DNA of 64,000 nucleotides, taken from NCBI GenBank assembly GCA_951406725.2, contig OX597834.1, positions 23,932,001-23,996,000 of the forward strand, written 5' to 3'. The stretch is from Octopus vulgaris (lineage: Eukaryota). This document shows, one piece after another, positions 1-13,059 of this stretch. Numbering within the stretch: position 1 is the stretch's first letter; every line of letters begins with the position of its first letter. Under the pieces are notes generated by a model. That model saw only the letters and a program-made list of their open reading frames with translations. It did no database searches and had not been told where the DNA came from. The position numbers and the translations under genes are program-made.

Positions 1-489
1 GTGGGGCATACAAGGAAACCAAGTGAAAACAGACATGGAGGGTCGTTAGACCAGAACAAGAGGAAAATAGTGAATGCTGGGAGAAATATTTTCTTTGAAA
101 AGAGGAAAGATAGAGGAGAGAGAAAAAAATCTTCAGTTCTTTGAATGTCCATGCAGAAGAGAAAGATGGTCGTATGAGGAAACGAAAGATGAACGATGAT
201 CACACGTAGGCAACAAGAAAGAGAGAAAAAGAGAAAGAGGGAGAGAGATAGAAAACGGTGAAGTCGAGAAGTTTGCTTCAGAACCCCATGGTTTAAGTAT
301 TGTTCCCACTGTTGGCTGATTTTTCTACCATGGACAAGGGCTAACTAAGGGTCTTGTGACTGAAGCTGGAAGAAGCCTGTCATGTATGCATACACAAACA
401 TGTATACACACACACACATACATACACAAGTATATCCCTCTCTCACTTTTGGAGAGGCACTGAGCAGCTATACGCACACATACACACAC

Positions 490-633
490 GGCAGTAACTT
501 CCGCCTACCGAATTCAATCACAAAGCTTCGGTCGACTCGGGGCTATAGTGGAAGACACCTGCCCAAAGTTCCACGCAATGGGACTGAACCCGAAATCATA
601 TAGCTAGGAAGCAAGCTCCCTAACCACACAGCC
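490..633 (-). mobile_element. tRNA-derived SINE (family A), 5' half
   Basis: Reverse complement matches the head of the copies at 3268 and 61043 (ggctgtgtggtta...ggttcagtccca...ttgggcaggtgtctt). Confidence 0.75.
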
Positions 634-799
634 TTGTATATTGTAATGTAAGAGTTGTAAAGTAAATTAAATTATATTTCACAGAGTTCAAAGAATCTGA
701 TTTAGAACTCAATACACTGGGTAGAGGAGTAGATAGATATATTTATCACATCAAAATTTGAATCTACTCTGAGTTTCACTCAAGATCTACTCAACTTGA

Positions 800-1546
800 C
801 AGTCTATTCTAACATACATTTGGGCTGAAGACTCTGGATAATTTCCAAAAGTCTTTGACTTGGCAATGTTACCGAGGAGCCTTCCCCATTCAGGATAAGC
901 TCGCAAAACATGGTCAATGCAACACACCGATCTGTCCAAGATGCGGGCGGGATAGAGAAACTGTCCCGCATGCTATTCTTCAGTGCTTGGAGGTGTCAGA
1001 GGTGTGGGCTTATGCAGAACATCTGTTGTCTGGTGCAGGAAGAGTACGGCTATTGTCTGAGTCAATTGTAAATATTGACCCACCTGATTTCCTGTCGAAT
1101 GAAGGTAAGAATTGTTTCCTCATAGCAGTAACAATTATGAAAGTAGTAGGAATAACAACAGACAGTTTCATCTCTGGCCTCAGTCTTCAGAGATACTTTG
1201 CGCTTCATCTGAAAAGGAAAGTGTGGCTGGAGAGGAAATGCCTGTTGGAGAAAATGTTCAATGATAGATGGAAGTACATGGCATGAGTGTTGCGAGTGGA
1301 TGTAACTATGCGAACATGTCAGGAGTACATTGCCGATATCAGTGGTCGATTGGGGCTTGTGGTGTCAGAGCTGAACTCAAATCACCACTCCATTCATTTT
1401 GTCTTTTATTTGTTTATCATACGTTTATATGTCTTGTATTAAATTTTTAATTGCATCTCATTGTTATGTCATAATGGTTCATCTGACCCCTAAAATCAAA
1501 TTGTGTTGTTCTCTTTATGTTGGCCCCTAGTGGGCAAAAAAAAAAA
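800..1546 (+). mobile_element. L1/Tx1-clade LINE 3' fragment (ORF2 C-terminal zinc knuckle, 3' UTR, A-tail)
   Basis: ORF 855-1286 contains CPRCGRDRETVPHAILQC, a zf-RVT-type CxxC-x8-H-x4-C followed by VW. The element ends in ggcccctagtgggc plus poly(A). Confidence 0.8.
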
Positions 1547-1547
1547 T

Positions 1548-2215
1548 CACTGGATGTGCAGTTTGCATGTTCGACAGAGTGTAAGCATCTTGAGAGAAAA
1601 GTTAGGCATCAGAGGTGTCATGTGTGGTGTGCAAGAGAGACGAATGCACTGGTATGGTCATGTGCTACATATGGATGAGGAGAGCTGTGTAAAGAAGTGC
1701 CAAGGAGTGTGGTAGAGGTAGACCAAGGAAAACATGGGTTGAGGTGGTGAAGCATGATCTCCGAACTTTGGGCCTCACAGAGGCAATGACTAGTGACCGA
1801 CACCTTTGGCAATATACTGTACTTGAGAAGACTCGTCAAGCCAAGTGAAACTGAAGTTGTGGCTGATGCTGGTGTCACTTAACCAGCACCTGTGCAGGTG
1901 GCATGTAAAGAGCACCTTTTGAGTGTTGAGCCTCACAGAAGCCAAATGGTTGAGCTTTTTTCGAATACTGGGCCTCACAGAGGCAATGACTGAAACTTTG
2001 GCATTATGTTATGCTTGAGAAGACCCATCAAGCCAAGTAAAACTGCCGTTGTAGCAGATAGTGGTGTCATGCAAATGGCACTTGTATTGGTGGCATGTGA
2101 AAGTACCCATTACACTCTCAGAGTGATTAGTGTCAGGAAGAGCATCCAGCCGTAGAAACATACTGGAGTCTGGTGCTGCCTTCTAGCTTGCCATCATAGA
2201 CAAGGGACATTAAAT
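1548..2215 (+). mobile_element. RTE-clade LINE 3' end
   Basis: Translation LREKLGIRG..VQERRMHWYGHVLHMDE followed by a frameshifted RGRPRKTW. The 3' UTR is shared with many copies in the window. Confidence 0.85.
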
Positions 2216-2270
2216 GAAACAAAATATGTAAATGATGTATACATCATTATTTTGATCTCTGCTGTTTTAA

Positions 2271-2491
2271 CCCTTTTGTTATCAACCTGGCTGGAACCGG
2301 CTCTGGCTCTGAGTTCAAATGTCTTGTTTTCAAAAGTTCTGAATTAAAATCTTCCACCAAACCTCAGTCAAAATTTATGTTCCTAACACTAGCTTAATGA
2401 TAACTAAGTTATTTTACTGAATTCTTTGTTATATTTAAAATTAATTGAAAGAAACAGAGAGCATCTCAAAATAAATACAGTAGCAAAAGGG
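2271..2491. mobile_element. piggyBac-type MITE
   Basis: TTAA on both sides (2267-2270, 2492-2495). TIRs are cccttttgttat and gtagcaaaaggg. Confidence 0.75.
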
Positions 2492-2782
2492 TTAAAGGTA
2501 AATACTGATTTAACTTTTAACTTGGTAAGCTTCTGCTCACATCAACAAATGCTTTGTTTACTGATATCTATATAGGATAAGTTTCTACTCAACTCTAGAT
2601 GACCAAAGTGCTGTCTGTCACTAAAACAGTTAATATATTCTGAAACACTGATGTCTGACTGTCTACTGACATCACTTAGAGCTGGTAAAAAAATCTTTAA
2701 GCAGGCATAAAATCTCTTAGAAGTTGTTCTTTGATACAAAATCCCTCGGAAAGCACCATTCCATATTTGTGTCCATGAAGAT

Positions 2783-3050
2783 GTCATGAGGTACATGGTG
2801 TCATGAGGTACATGGTGTCATGAGGTACTTGGTGTCATGAGGTACATGGTGTCATGAGGTACATACTGTCATGAGGTACATGGTGTCATGAGGTACATGG
2901 TGTCAAGAGGTACATGCTGTCATGAGGTACATGGTGTCAAGAGGTACATGGTGTCATGAGGTACATGGTGTCATGAGGTACATGGTGTCATGAGGTACAT
3001 ACTGTCATGAGGTACATGCTGTCATGAGGTGCATGCTATCATGAAGTACA
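2783..3050. repeat. 17-bp minisatellite (gtcatgaggtacatggt), about 16 copies
   Basis: Direct reading of the tandem units. Confidence 0.95.
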
Positions 3051-3267
3051 CATTATAATATTACTTTGTGTGTTCATGAATGAGTTATAAATGAAGTCCA
3101 TGTTCATTTAATAATTACTTTGAGATAATGAAAATCCTTTTTTTTGTAAATTAAAATTTTTTATTTAAATTTTATTAAAACATATCTCATTTTGTGGAAC
3201 TTCAACATTTTTTCAGGAAATTCTGGGCTTTCTTGGAGCCCATTTTGAGAAATATTGCTCTAGTATA

Positions 3268-3429
3268 GGCGCAGGAGTGGCTGTGTGGTAAGTAGCTTGC
3301 TTACCAACCACATGGTTCCGGGTTCAGTCCCACTGCATGGCACCTTGGGCAAGTGTCTTCTACTATAGCCTCGGGCCAACCAAAGCCTCGTGAGTGGATT
3401 TGGTAGACGGAAACTGAAAGAAGCCCATC

Positions 3430-3471
<42 letters not shown>

Positions 3472-3690
3472 GCGTGTGTGTGTTTGTGTGTCTGTGTTTG
3501 CCCCCCTAGCATTGCTTGACAACCAATGCTGGTGTGTTTATGTCCCCGTTACTTAGCGGTTCGGCAAAAGAGACCAATAGAATAAGTACTGGGCTTACAA
3601 AAGAATAAGTCCCGGGGTTGAGTTGCTCGATTAAAGGCTGTGCTCCAGCATGGCCGCAGTCAGATGACTGAAACAAGTAAAAGAGTAAGA
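3268..3690 (+). mobile_element. tRNA-derived SINE (family A), full length with internal (TA)n/(TG)n
   Basis: A-box-like tggctgtgtgg, B-box-like gggttcagtccc, and a tail ending gactgaaacaagtaaaagag. More than 10 copies in the window. Confidence 0.9.
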
Positions 3691-4265
3691 GAGAGAGAGA
3701 GAGTATACCTATGACGCTGAATCCATGTAGCAGACCCCCAGTAATTCCACCTCAGTAACTATGACAAGTCTTTTAGTTCACATGTGATACTAATAATACA
3801 ACCTTAGACACTTTGGACAAGTCCACCTCCAACACAGCTAACCTTAACAACAACAACAACAACAACTACCATCACCATTATCAGTTCCACTTAACCATTC
3901 AGTGATACCTCATTGTTATTTTTATAACAATACAGTTTTATTTACTGGCTTTGCTGCTTCGCTCTCCATTCAGTGCTCTCTCTCTCTCTCTCTCTGGTTA
4001 TTTCTCTCTTCATTCACTGCTTTCTCGGCTGCTTTTCCCCCCTCATTCAATGCTTTCGCTACTGTTTTGTAAATATCTAAAAATACCTAAATTCTACCAG
4101 ACAAAATCAGGCATTGGACATTTAGATTTTACAGCCACTGGAAGTCACTCTCATTACATCTCAGGTCATAATAAATTGTAAAGGATAAAAGAAACATTAT
4201 CAAGTAATTTTGTTTCCTTAATTAATCTGAATTAGCAAGATTTGTGTGTGTGTGTGTTGTGTGTG

Positions 4266-4350
<85 letters not shown>

Positions 4351-4848
4351 AAGTATTTCTTTATTCACCATAAGGTTGAGAAAAAGAGGGGACTATACGA
4401 GGACAGACAAAACGAACATTGGGGTCAACGTATGAATAAACAAACAATTAAAATATATACAACTAAATGAGAATGAGTGATTAACAAAAAATGAAGCAGA
4501 GGACGCGGTTGACCCCACAAACCACATACTCACACTGAAGACTAGGGAAAATGACAGTTGTCAGAAATATACCCTATAAAAAATGTTAAGTGTCCAGTGT
4601 TGTTGTTAAGGTTATCTACCTCCAGGTCCAACTGTGTTTGAGCAGACCTATAATCAAAGGTATTCTGGCTATGACCATCCCATCTTTTTATATATCTAGG
4701 ACTCTATATTGGTATATTGGGGAGAAAGGAGGAGTCAGGATCCCATGGCTGGACTCCAATATAAAATACACAGCAACAAGGGGAGTTAGCTTGTATGAAT
4801 GCTAAAAGTTTCTTTCACTAAACAAACCAAGATCATTTAATTCTATAG

Positions 4849-4931
4849 AAGAACAAATACAGCCAGGTTTGTGTATGTGCAGTCAATGTTCAATTCCATT
4901 AAAGAACCACACGAATAGAATTGCACACATG
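4849..4931 (+). other. Possible exon encoding most of a C2H2-like zinc finger
   Basis: ttctatag acceptor, open frame EQIQPGLCMCSQCSIPLKNHTNRIAHM (C-x2-C-x12-H), then a gttagg donor. No partner exon found. Confidence 0.2.
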
Positions 4932-5059
4932 GTTAGGTGCTACTATTATAGTATAATGAAAATATACCAATGTCAGCACACCTAAAGCTGCATTAGCCAT
5001 ATTTGCAAAGACCCGACAAATAACGTGAGTTCATAGCTGTTTCCTGCACCAGCATCACA

Positions 5060-5525
5060 TAGCAACCCCAGCCCATCCAAAGTACCTTGGATTGCAGGAC
5101 AACCTGCTGTGCTTACCTTGGATCGTGGGGCGACCTGCTTTGCTTGAGGAGACCTATTGAGTCAAGTACATCAACATCAAAATAAAAATCAAATGGAAAT
5201 TGTAGTTGTGATACCCGTACCAGTGACACATAAAAAGCACCATCTGAATGTGGCCGATGCCAGCACCACCTTGACTGGCTTCCATGCCGGTGGCACATAA
5301 AAAGCACCAACCAATTGTGGCCATTGCCAGCTTCCCCTGACACCTGTGCCGGTGGCACGAAAAAGCACCCACTACACTCACAGAGTGGTTGGCAAGGGCA
5401 TCCAGCTGTAGAAACACTGCCAGATCAGACTAGAGCCTGGTGCAGCCTCCTGGCTTCCCAGACCCTGGTCAAACCATCCAACCCATGCTAGCATGGAAAA
5501 CAGAAATTAAATGATGATGATAATG
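5060..5525 (+). mobile_element. RTE-family 3' UTR/tail copy
   Basis: Internal repeats with aaaagcacc, then agggcatccagctgtagaaac, ending in (gat)n. Confidence 0.85.
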
Positions 5526-5528
5526 ATA

Positions 5529-5773
<245 letters not shown>

Positions 5774-7129
5774 CTGCTACTTGCCACTTGTGGATGTTCT
5801 CTATAGCATTATTACCCTACAAAAGGAATATATTCTTTACAATGGCTGGCATTATGAAAAGCATCTACCTGTAGAAACCATGCCAAAGCTAATGATGGGG
5901 CCTGACACAGCTCTGTAACTTATCAGATCCTGTCAAACTGGTGAGCCAATGCCAGCATGGAAAATGGGCATTAAACGATGATGATAATGCTGATGCTTGC
6001 TTATCTATCTATCTATCTATCTATCTGCTTATCTATTTATCTATCTATAGACAGACAGATGATAGATAGATAGACAGACTGACAGACAGACACACACACA
6101 CACATACATACATACATATGCTCCTCTCTCAAACTTGCCAGAGGCACTGTCTTAATGGCCAGGTTCTCCCCTACAAATCTCAAGATGATTCCTGATGAAA
6201 CCATTCTAAAAACTTTAACTAGAAAAGCAACATTATTGAACTTGTAGAGGGACAACTAAAACAACAGTGATGATGATGATAATGATGATGATTATCATGA
6301 AGAAGAAAGGAAGAGGAAAGGATGAGAGGAAGGAAGATATTGTAAGGATAGTGATGATTTTGATGACGATGATGATAGTGATTATGATGATGGCAGAGCT
6401 AAGTTGAGGAGAACAACAAAGCAAATTTGAAGAGTAAAGTAATGGTTACCAGACCAAACACTAACATAATCACACACATACACACATAAAACTGATCATT
6501 TGAATATGGTTTGTGGAGGAGCTGGTATCAGACAAGATGACCAATGGCTGATGTTGGCCAGGAGCCAGTGGTATGATCTGGACCAAGAGGTCATATTGAT
6601 TTCCAGCATAGAACGAGTTTATGAAGTAATGAACTATAACAACTAATGGTGTTATTGTTGGTGGTGGTGCAGAGAGTTTGGATGTGATGTGAGAAAAAGA
6701 GAGGAGAGGAAAGGAGAGCAAGCAAGCGAGAGAGAGAGAGAGAGGGAGGGAGGGACAGATATAGAGAGGGGGAGAGTGGTAAGAAAGAGGAATAGAGAGA
6801 GATAAAAGCAGAGTGTGGTGGAGAGAGAAAAATTAGAGGACGTGAGGGAAGGAGAGTCGTAGCCTGATATAGCAAGGGGTCGGTGGAGACAGAGATAATG
6901 ATAATGAATGTAGCAAAGAGAGGAGAAAGAGCAATGTTTGGGGAAATGTTTTAAATTAACTTGACACCTTATCACAGTTACCGACAACACCACCTTTATA
7001 CTATAGCTTCTACTTTACTACTATCTACTATAGCAAACAACTCCACAGTACATCTACCACTCCCAGTACCACCACCTCCAATTTGCAATGTCATTTTTTT
7101 ATTGTAAACCCTTGGCCCTTCCATCTAAG

Positions 7130-7910
7130 ATAATGATTCTCAACCATTTTCTAATGAACCCCTTTCATTACTATTCTATTCTGGTGGACCCCCCAGAGCC
7201 AATTCAATGTTTAAAAAATAGTTTTATAGATGCTGCTTTCAAAATTCCTATTTTGTGATTCACACAAGCTGTATAAGGAGGTGGGGGGGGAGAAAACAGT
7301 GGCATCCAGGACAACAAGGAATTTCCACAAGACAATCAAACAAACAGTTGTAAGTGACAGGCCAGGTCTTTGGATGGACAATGGCTCTTGGAAGATTGAA
7401 AGTGGAAGAGTTAAAGTAGAAGGAGCAATAAAATATAGCTGTTGGTTGCAGTAGATGCATTCAAATCAGAACTTTATGTGGACCCTTTAAAATACTGCTG
7501 TGGATTCCCAATTTACTATTTTGCTAGCATGGACCCTACCCAAAATGGATCCCCAGGGGTCATATGAATCCTGGTTGAGAATCATTGATCTAAGACCTCT
7601 GTTCCTTGCACTAGATGCATTTAAATCAGAACTTAATGTGGACCCTTTAAAATACTGCTGTGGATTCCCAATTTACTATTTTGCTAGCGTGGACCCTACC
7701 CAAAATGGATCCCCAGGGGTCATATGAATCCTGGTTGAGAATCATTGATCTAAGACCTCTGTTTCTTGCAGTAGATGCATTTAAATCAGAACTTTGTGGA
7801 CCCTTTAAAATATTGCTCTGGATTCCCAATTTACTATTTTGCTAGTGTGGACCCTACCCAAAATGGATCCCCAGGGGTCATATGAACCCTGGTTGAGAAT
7901 CATTGATCTA
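7130..7910. mobile_element. hAT-like non-autonomous element with triplicated right end and an inserted LINE fragment
   Basis: Left end tgattctcaacca and right end tggttgagaatca. A ~160-bp terminal unit is repeated three times (~7447, ~7607, ~7767). 7270-7445 matches 9080-9240. Confidence 0.6.
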
Positions 7911-8763
7911 AAACCTAACCTTATTTAAAGCAAGCTCTAGATGGGGTGTAGTGGAATAGAAATTAACAGACATAATTGTCAGGAACGACATCAGGGAATC
8001 CAGAAAACCCAGTCTTCAGTGATGTGACACAACTAATATAATATAACACCTTACTATAGAGTGCTCAATGGCTCTAGTAGGGGACCCTTATAGTGAGCTT
8101 ATTGTTCAGTAAGAGAGCAGAGGTCAGCTCATGATCCAATTGCAGGCTGGTTTGGTTGCTATTTTAGGAAGACGAGGAACCACATAAAAGTATAGTTGTG
8201 GAACCACATAAAAGTATAGGAAGACAAGGAACCACATAAAAGTATAGTATGCACTGGTGTTGTGGTGGTAGTGTTGATGTGTTTAAGAGAGGAAAGAAAA
8301 GAGATAAAGAGAGAGAGAGAGAGACAAAAAGAGAAAGTGATAGAGATAAAGAGAGACTATTACCATCATTCTCTCACATTTTCCCCCACCACCGTACTAC
8401 GTCCAACACATTCCCCGACAACCACTGTCATTGCCATGTTCACCATCATTTCCACAATCACCACTGTTACCATCATCACATCACCACCAGCCATTGCCAA
8501 GATCACTCCCTCTCATTTTCAAGCTCTGCCAACAAGCAGCCATATACCATATTCCACAGACAGGAAACTCTACTAAAATGACATATTGATTCATTACATA
8601 GTTTTAATGGAGGAACATGCATGGTTATGGGCTGTATGGTAAAGAAGTTTGCTTTCCAACCATGTGGGGTTCTGGGTTTGATCCCATGGTGTGGCATGTT
8701 AGGTGAGGAATCTTTTATCAGAGCTTCATATTGAACAATGTCTTGTCAGTGAAATTTGGTAAT

Positions 8764-8992
8764 TGAAAATGGTATAGAAGCCTTTTGTATAATTATCTCC
8801 ACCATCCCCACTACTTACAAATAGTGCTGGTGTAGGGGCTGAAAATGGTATAGAAGTCTTTTGTATAATTACCTCCACCATCCCCACTACTTACAAATAG
8901 TGCTGGTGTAGGGGCTGAAAATGGTATAGAAGCCTTTTGTATAATTACCTCCACCGTCCCCACTACTTACAAATAGTGCTGATGTAGGGGCT
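8764..8992. repeat. 76-bp tandem triplication within a degenerate SINE A
   Basis: Units start at 8764, 8840 and 8916 (tgaaaatggtatagaag...). Confidence 0.9.
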
Positions 8993-9340
8993 GCACAAGA
9001 TGCTATGATGTCAAAAACTAGATTGGAAACAATCTGGAGAAAAGGTTTGTGAAGCTGAAAGATCTGGTCAGGTAGCAGGTGATGTGTATAAGGAGGGGGA
9101 GGAGAAAACAGTGGACAAGAGGGAATTTCTATAAGACAATAAACAAACAGTTGTAAGTGACAGGCCAGGTCTTTGGATGGACAATGGCTCTTGGAAGATT
9201 GAAAGTGGAAGAGTTAAAGTAGATAGAGCAATAAAAGCTTAAGTAACATAGGAGTGTGGGAGCTGAAAGAACTAGGATGTTGGACAGCTGGGATATCAGA
9301 GGAAAGTAAGAAGTTTGCCAATATCTGTAAAGATCAGAGA

Positions 9341-9572
9341 GGGCAGCGAGCTGGCAGAATCGTTAGCACGCCAGGTGAAATGCTTAGCAGTATTTTGTCT
9401 GCTGCTATGTTCTGAGTTCAAATTCCGCCAAGGTCGACTTTGCCTTTCATCCTTTCGGGGTCAATTCAATAAGTACCAGTTATGCACTAGGGTTGATGTA
9501 ATCGACTTAATACCTATGTCTGTCCTTGTTTGTCCCCTCTATGTTTAGCCCCTTGTGGGTAATAAAGAAATA
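9341..9572 (+). mobile_element. SINE family B (Meta-domain-like)
   Basis: Head ggcagcgagctggcagaa, central gcctttcatcctttcggggtc..taagtacc, tail gccccttgtgggtaataaagaaa. Confidence 0.85.
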
Positions 9573-10000
9573 GGTATGAGGTGTTGAGGATTGTAAAGTA
9601 GTGAGGGTGAAATGAAGGTGTTGTTGGGGTTTAAGTAATGACAGTAGGGTAGTGGCTGTCATTGGTGCCAAAGAGGAGGAGGGGTATGGAAATATGAGAA
9701 ATTGTTGAGTGTGGAGAATGGCCTAGAGAGTGAGAGCAACCACTTCAAGTAGACCTACAAAGGGATTGGCTAGTTGAAAGAGTGATTAAGGAAATTAGAG
9801 TGGGGAACATCAGCAATACATGCCCACATGTTGAAAAGAGAAAGCAAGCAGTCATCCTAAATGATCGATGTAGTAATATCATCAACTGCTCTGTGATCAT
9901 AAGAGATGAGCTAATTGGGAAGAAAATTAGATAAGAATCATTTGAAGTTTGTATTAGGATAAGGTCCCACTGATGTCCTTTTGGTCATGAAACACAATGT

Positions 10001-10320
10001 GGAGGCACATGGCCTAGTGGTTAGAGCAGCGGACTCGTGGTCGAGGGATCGCGGGTTCGAATCTCAGACCGGGTGATGTGTGTGTTTATGAGTGAAAACA
10101 CCTAAGCTCCACGCGGCTCCGGCAGAAGGTAATGGCGCAAATTCTGCTGGCTCTTTTGTCACAACTTTCTCTCACTCTTTCCTCCTGCATCTTGCAGCTC
10201 ACCTGCGATGGACCGGTGTCCTGTCCAGGTGGAGAACCTATACGCCAGGAAACCGGGAAACCAGCCCTTATGAGCCAGGCATGGCTCGAGAAGGAACATG
10301 AAACGCAATAAACAAAAAGC
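10001..10320 (+). mobile_element. tRNA(Arg)-like SINE (family C, resembling octopus OR-type SINEs)
   Basis: A box tggcctagtgg (10010-10020), B box gggttcgaatc (10053-10063), and a non-tRNA body. Confidence 0.75.
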
Positions 10321-11000
10321 AAATCACAATAACTAGCATTCACTGGTGTGGAAGAGAGAGCTCTAAAGTAGCTAAAGCAAGAATGGGGGTAAAAGTTGCT
10401 GGCACAAAAGGGGCCATTGGTTGTATTTAGTGAAGGGTAAACTACATGGCCCTTGTAATGTGGAGAGCATGAAAAGAGAAACAATTATATGACAGCTACA
10501 TGGTAGTTTGAAATCGAATGAGTGTGTGTTGCTTAGCTGAATGTGGCACCAAGTGACACCATCGTGCAAATGGTGTCGTTTGTTCCCAATATTCTGTGAA
10601 AACCTGTCTGGCCCTTGTATGTGGAGAGCATGAAAAGACTGGGGAGAAAGGGAGCAAGAATGGTCCTCTTGATGTAAAGGAACAAGACCCAAATAAGCAC
10701 AGAGAGAGCGGGGAGAGAGTCTAAGTGCAAGAAGAATCAGGTGTTGAAGACTGAGTTGGTATAGGAATATGATGTTTGGTAAAGAAGTAGCACATGATTC
10801 AAGAAGAAGGAACTGGCATAAGATGAGGAAAACCGGAAAACTAAGGTAGACATGGCAAGAAACGGTGAAGGTTAATCTCAGGAAACTAAATGTCATGAAG
10901 GAGACGACAAAGGATTGTAATAAATTATGACACTCTGTACTGGAGAAGACCTAGCCAACCTTACTAAGTATGAGGAAATAAATGCATGATGATGAGGATG
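10320..11000 (+). mobile_element. Degenerate RTE LINE 3' fragment with internal insertion
   Basis: Remnants of the TW..VK..L and VLEKT C-terminal motifs and a (gat)n tail. Confidence 0.5.
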
Positions 11001-11357
11001 ATATTAGCAGTGCGTCTATCTGCATGTAAGTTGTAATATGTGTGCATAGGTGACTGGTTACGATTCTATGCTAAAAAACATGCACTCACCTATACACATA
11101 CATTCTCACACACATTAACAGATGTAGCTGAGTGAATATGTTAGTCTATGTGAGTGAGTGAGTGAGTGAGTGTCTGAGGGCTTGATTATCTAAGAGAGTA
11201 CATTGTGTGTGTGTGTATGTTTACAAGTCAGTGAGTGTGCATGTGTCCATGTTTAGTCAGCATGTACGTATGCATGCATATATGCATGTGTGTATGTACA
11301 TGTTTGCCAGTTAGGTGGATGGAAGACGAGAATTATGTGGGGCTTCCTATGAAAAGG

Positions 11358-11359
<2 letters not shown>

Positions 11360-11402
<43 letters not shown>

Positions 11403-11517
11403 TACATACATACATAGATACATACACACATGCACATATATATATATATACATATATATATATACATACATACACACACACATATATATATATATATACA
11501 TACATACATACATATAC

Positions 11518-11548
<31 letters not shown>

Positions 11549-11561
11549 CATACATATATAC

Positions 11562-11638
<77 letters not shown>

Positions 11639-11654
11639 CATACATACACACATA

Positions 11655-11686
<32 letters not shown>

Positions 11687-11780
11687 CATACATATATATA
11701 TATACATACATACATACATATATATACATACATATATACATACATACATATATATACATACATACATATGTATATACACA
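11360..11780. repeat. (TA)n/(TACA)n microsatellite
   Basis: Direct reading; accounts for the overlapping YI/HT-rich ORFs. Confidence 0.95.
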
Positions 11781-12556
11781 CGTAGACACGCACATCTGAA
11801 ATCATAGAAAATAATCTGACATTTTATATCAGAAACAATAACAACATACTGAAAACGAAAAAAATAAAAATAACAAGAAAAAAATCACTATCAACAACAA
11901 CAAACCTTAATATCAAGAAATATTGCCAAAACTGGCAGAATAGTTCAACATGAAAATAATCTCGACAGTAAAGTAACATTGAACTAAATAATCTCTCTCT
12001 CTCAGTCTCCATACACACACACCATATATCTTTGCATGTCTACATCTGTGCGAATATCTTCCTGTACCTGTATCTCTATAAATCTCTCCCCCACTTCTTA
12101 ACTGTCTCTTAATCTCTCTCTCTTTCTTTCACTCTTTCCAAACAGATCTTCATGTTTATTCATCAATATATAGCCCCCCCCCCTCTCTCTTTCTTGTTTG
12201 TTTGTTTGTTCATATATTCATTCTGTATCCATTTTTTCCATTGCCAGCATGAGTTAGACCAAGACATATTCCAAGCAGTCTTCAGTGGAAGGATGCTCTT
12301 CCCGCTGCTAACCCTTACGTGATTTTTAAGTCAGTGACTTTTTATTCTACTGGTCTTTGAAAGTGTAGAGCTACAGGATGCATTACTTTCAAGGGATGTA
12401 AACACATCACTGTTTTCGTCAGATAGTGGCATGTAAAGACATGGAATGGAACCTGAAACCCATTAGTTATGAAGCAAGTTCCATATTCAAACACCAATAT
12501 CAGCACCTAATACATAAATGTGTGTATGTGTGTGTGTGCACTGGTATGTGTTGAAT

Positions 12557-12790
12557 TAAGGCGGCGAGCTGGCAGAAACGTTAGCACGCCGGGCGAAATT
12601 CTTAGCGGTATTTCGTCTGCCGCTACGTTCTGAGTTCAAATTCCGCTGAGGTCGACTTTGCCTTTCATCCTTATGGGGTCGATTAAATAAGTACCAATTA
12701 CGCACTGGGGTCGATATAATCGACTTAATCCTTTTGTCTGTCCTTGTTTTTCCTCTCTGTGTTTAGCCCCTTGTGGGTAGTAAAGAAATA
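12557..12790 (+). mobile_element. SINE family B, full length with 14-bp TSD
   Basis: TSD ggtatgtgttgaat at 12543-12556 and 12791-12804. Confidence 0.9.
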
Positions 12791-13059
12791 GGTATGTGTT
12801 GAATGGGTTGTCACATATCAAGTCAGTTCTTATCTAGAGTTACTTCCCTTGTCCATGATGCAGGGACCACATCTCGTATGTTCCATTTTTTAACATGATT
12901 TCTACATTGGGATGCCTTTTCTATCACCAACTTATTTTAAAGAATGTATTGGGTGCAGTTTGTTGTGGCACTTGAGAGGTTGCAGTGTTCCTGACAAGAC
13001 TAACAATTTTCTTCCTTTCCTATATTATTTCCATACAAATTAAATACTTTTTTGTGAAA

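Noticed and set aside
2721-2790. Plus-strand candidate exon KLFFDTKSLGKH (zinc-finger-like)
   Set aside because: All three frames hit a stop before the apparent donor, which is part of the minisatellite.
6192-6200. Other CTGATGA boxes (6192, 14672, 16138, 28898)
   Set aside because: No matching stem II/GAAA/NUH/stem I arrangement was found, and two lie inside transposase or LINE coding relics.
10001-10075. tRNA gene
   Set aside because: A and B boxes are present, but the acceptor stem does not pair and it continues into a SINE body. The same holds at 54810-54883.
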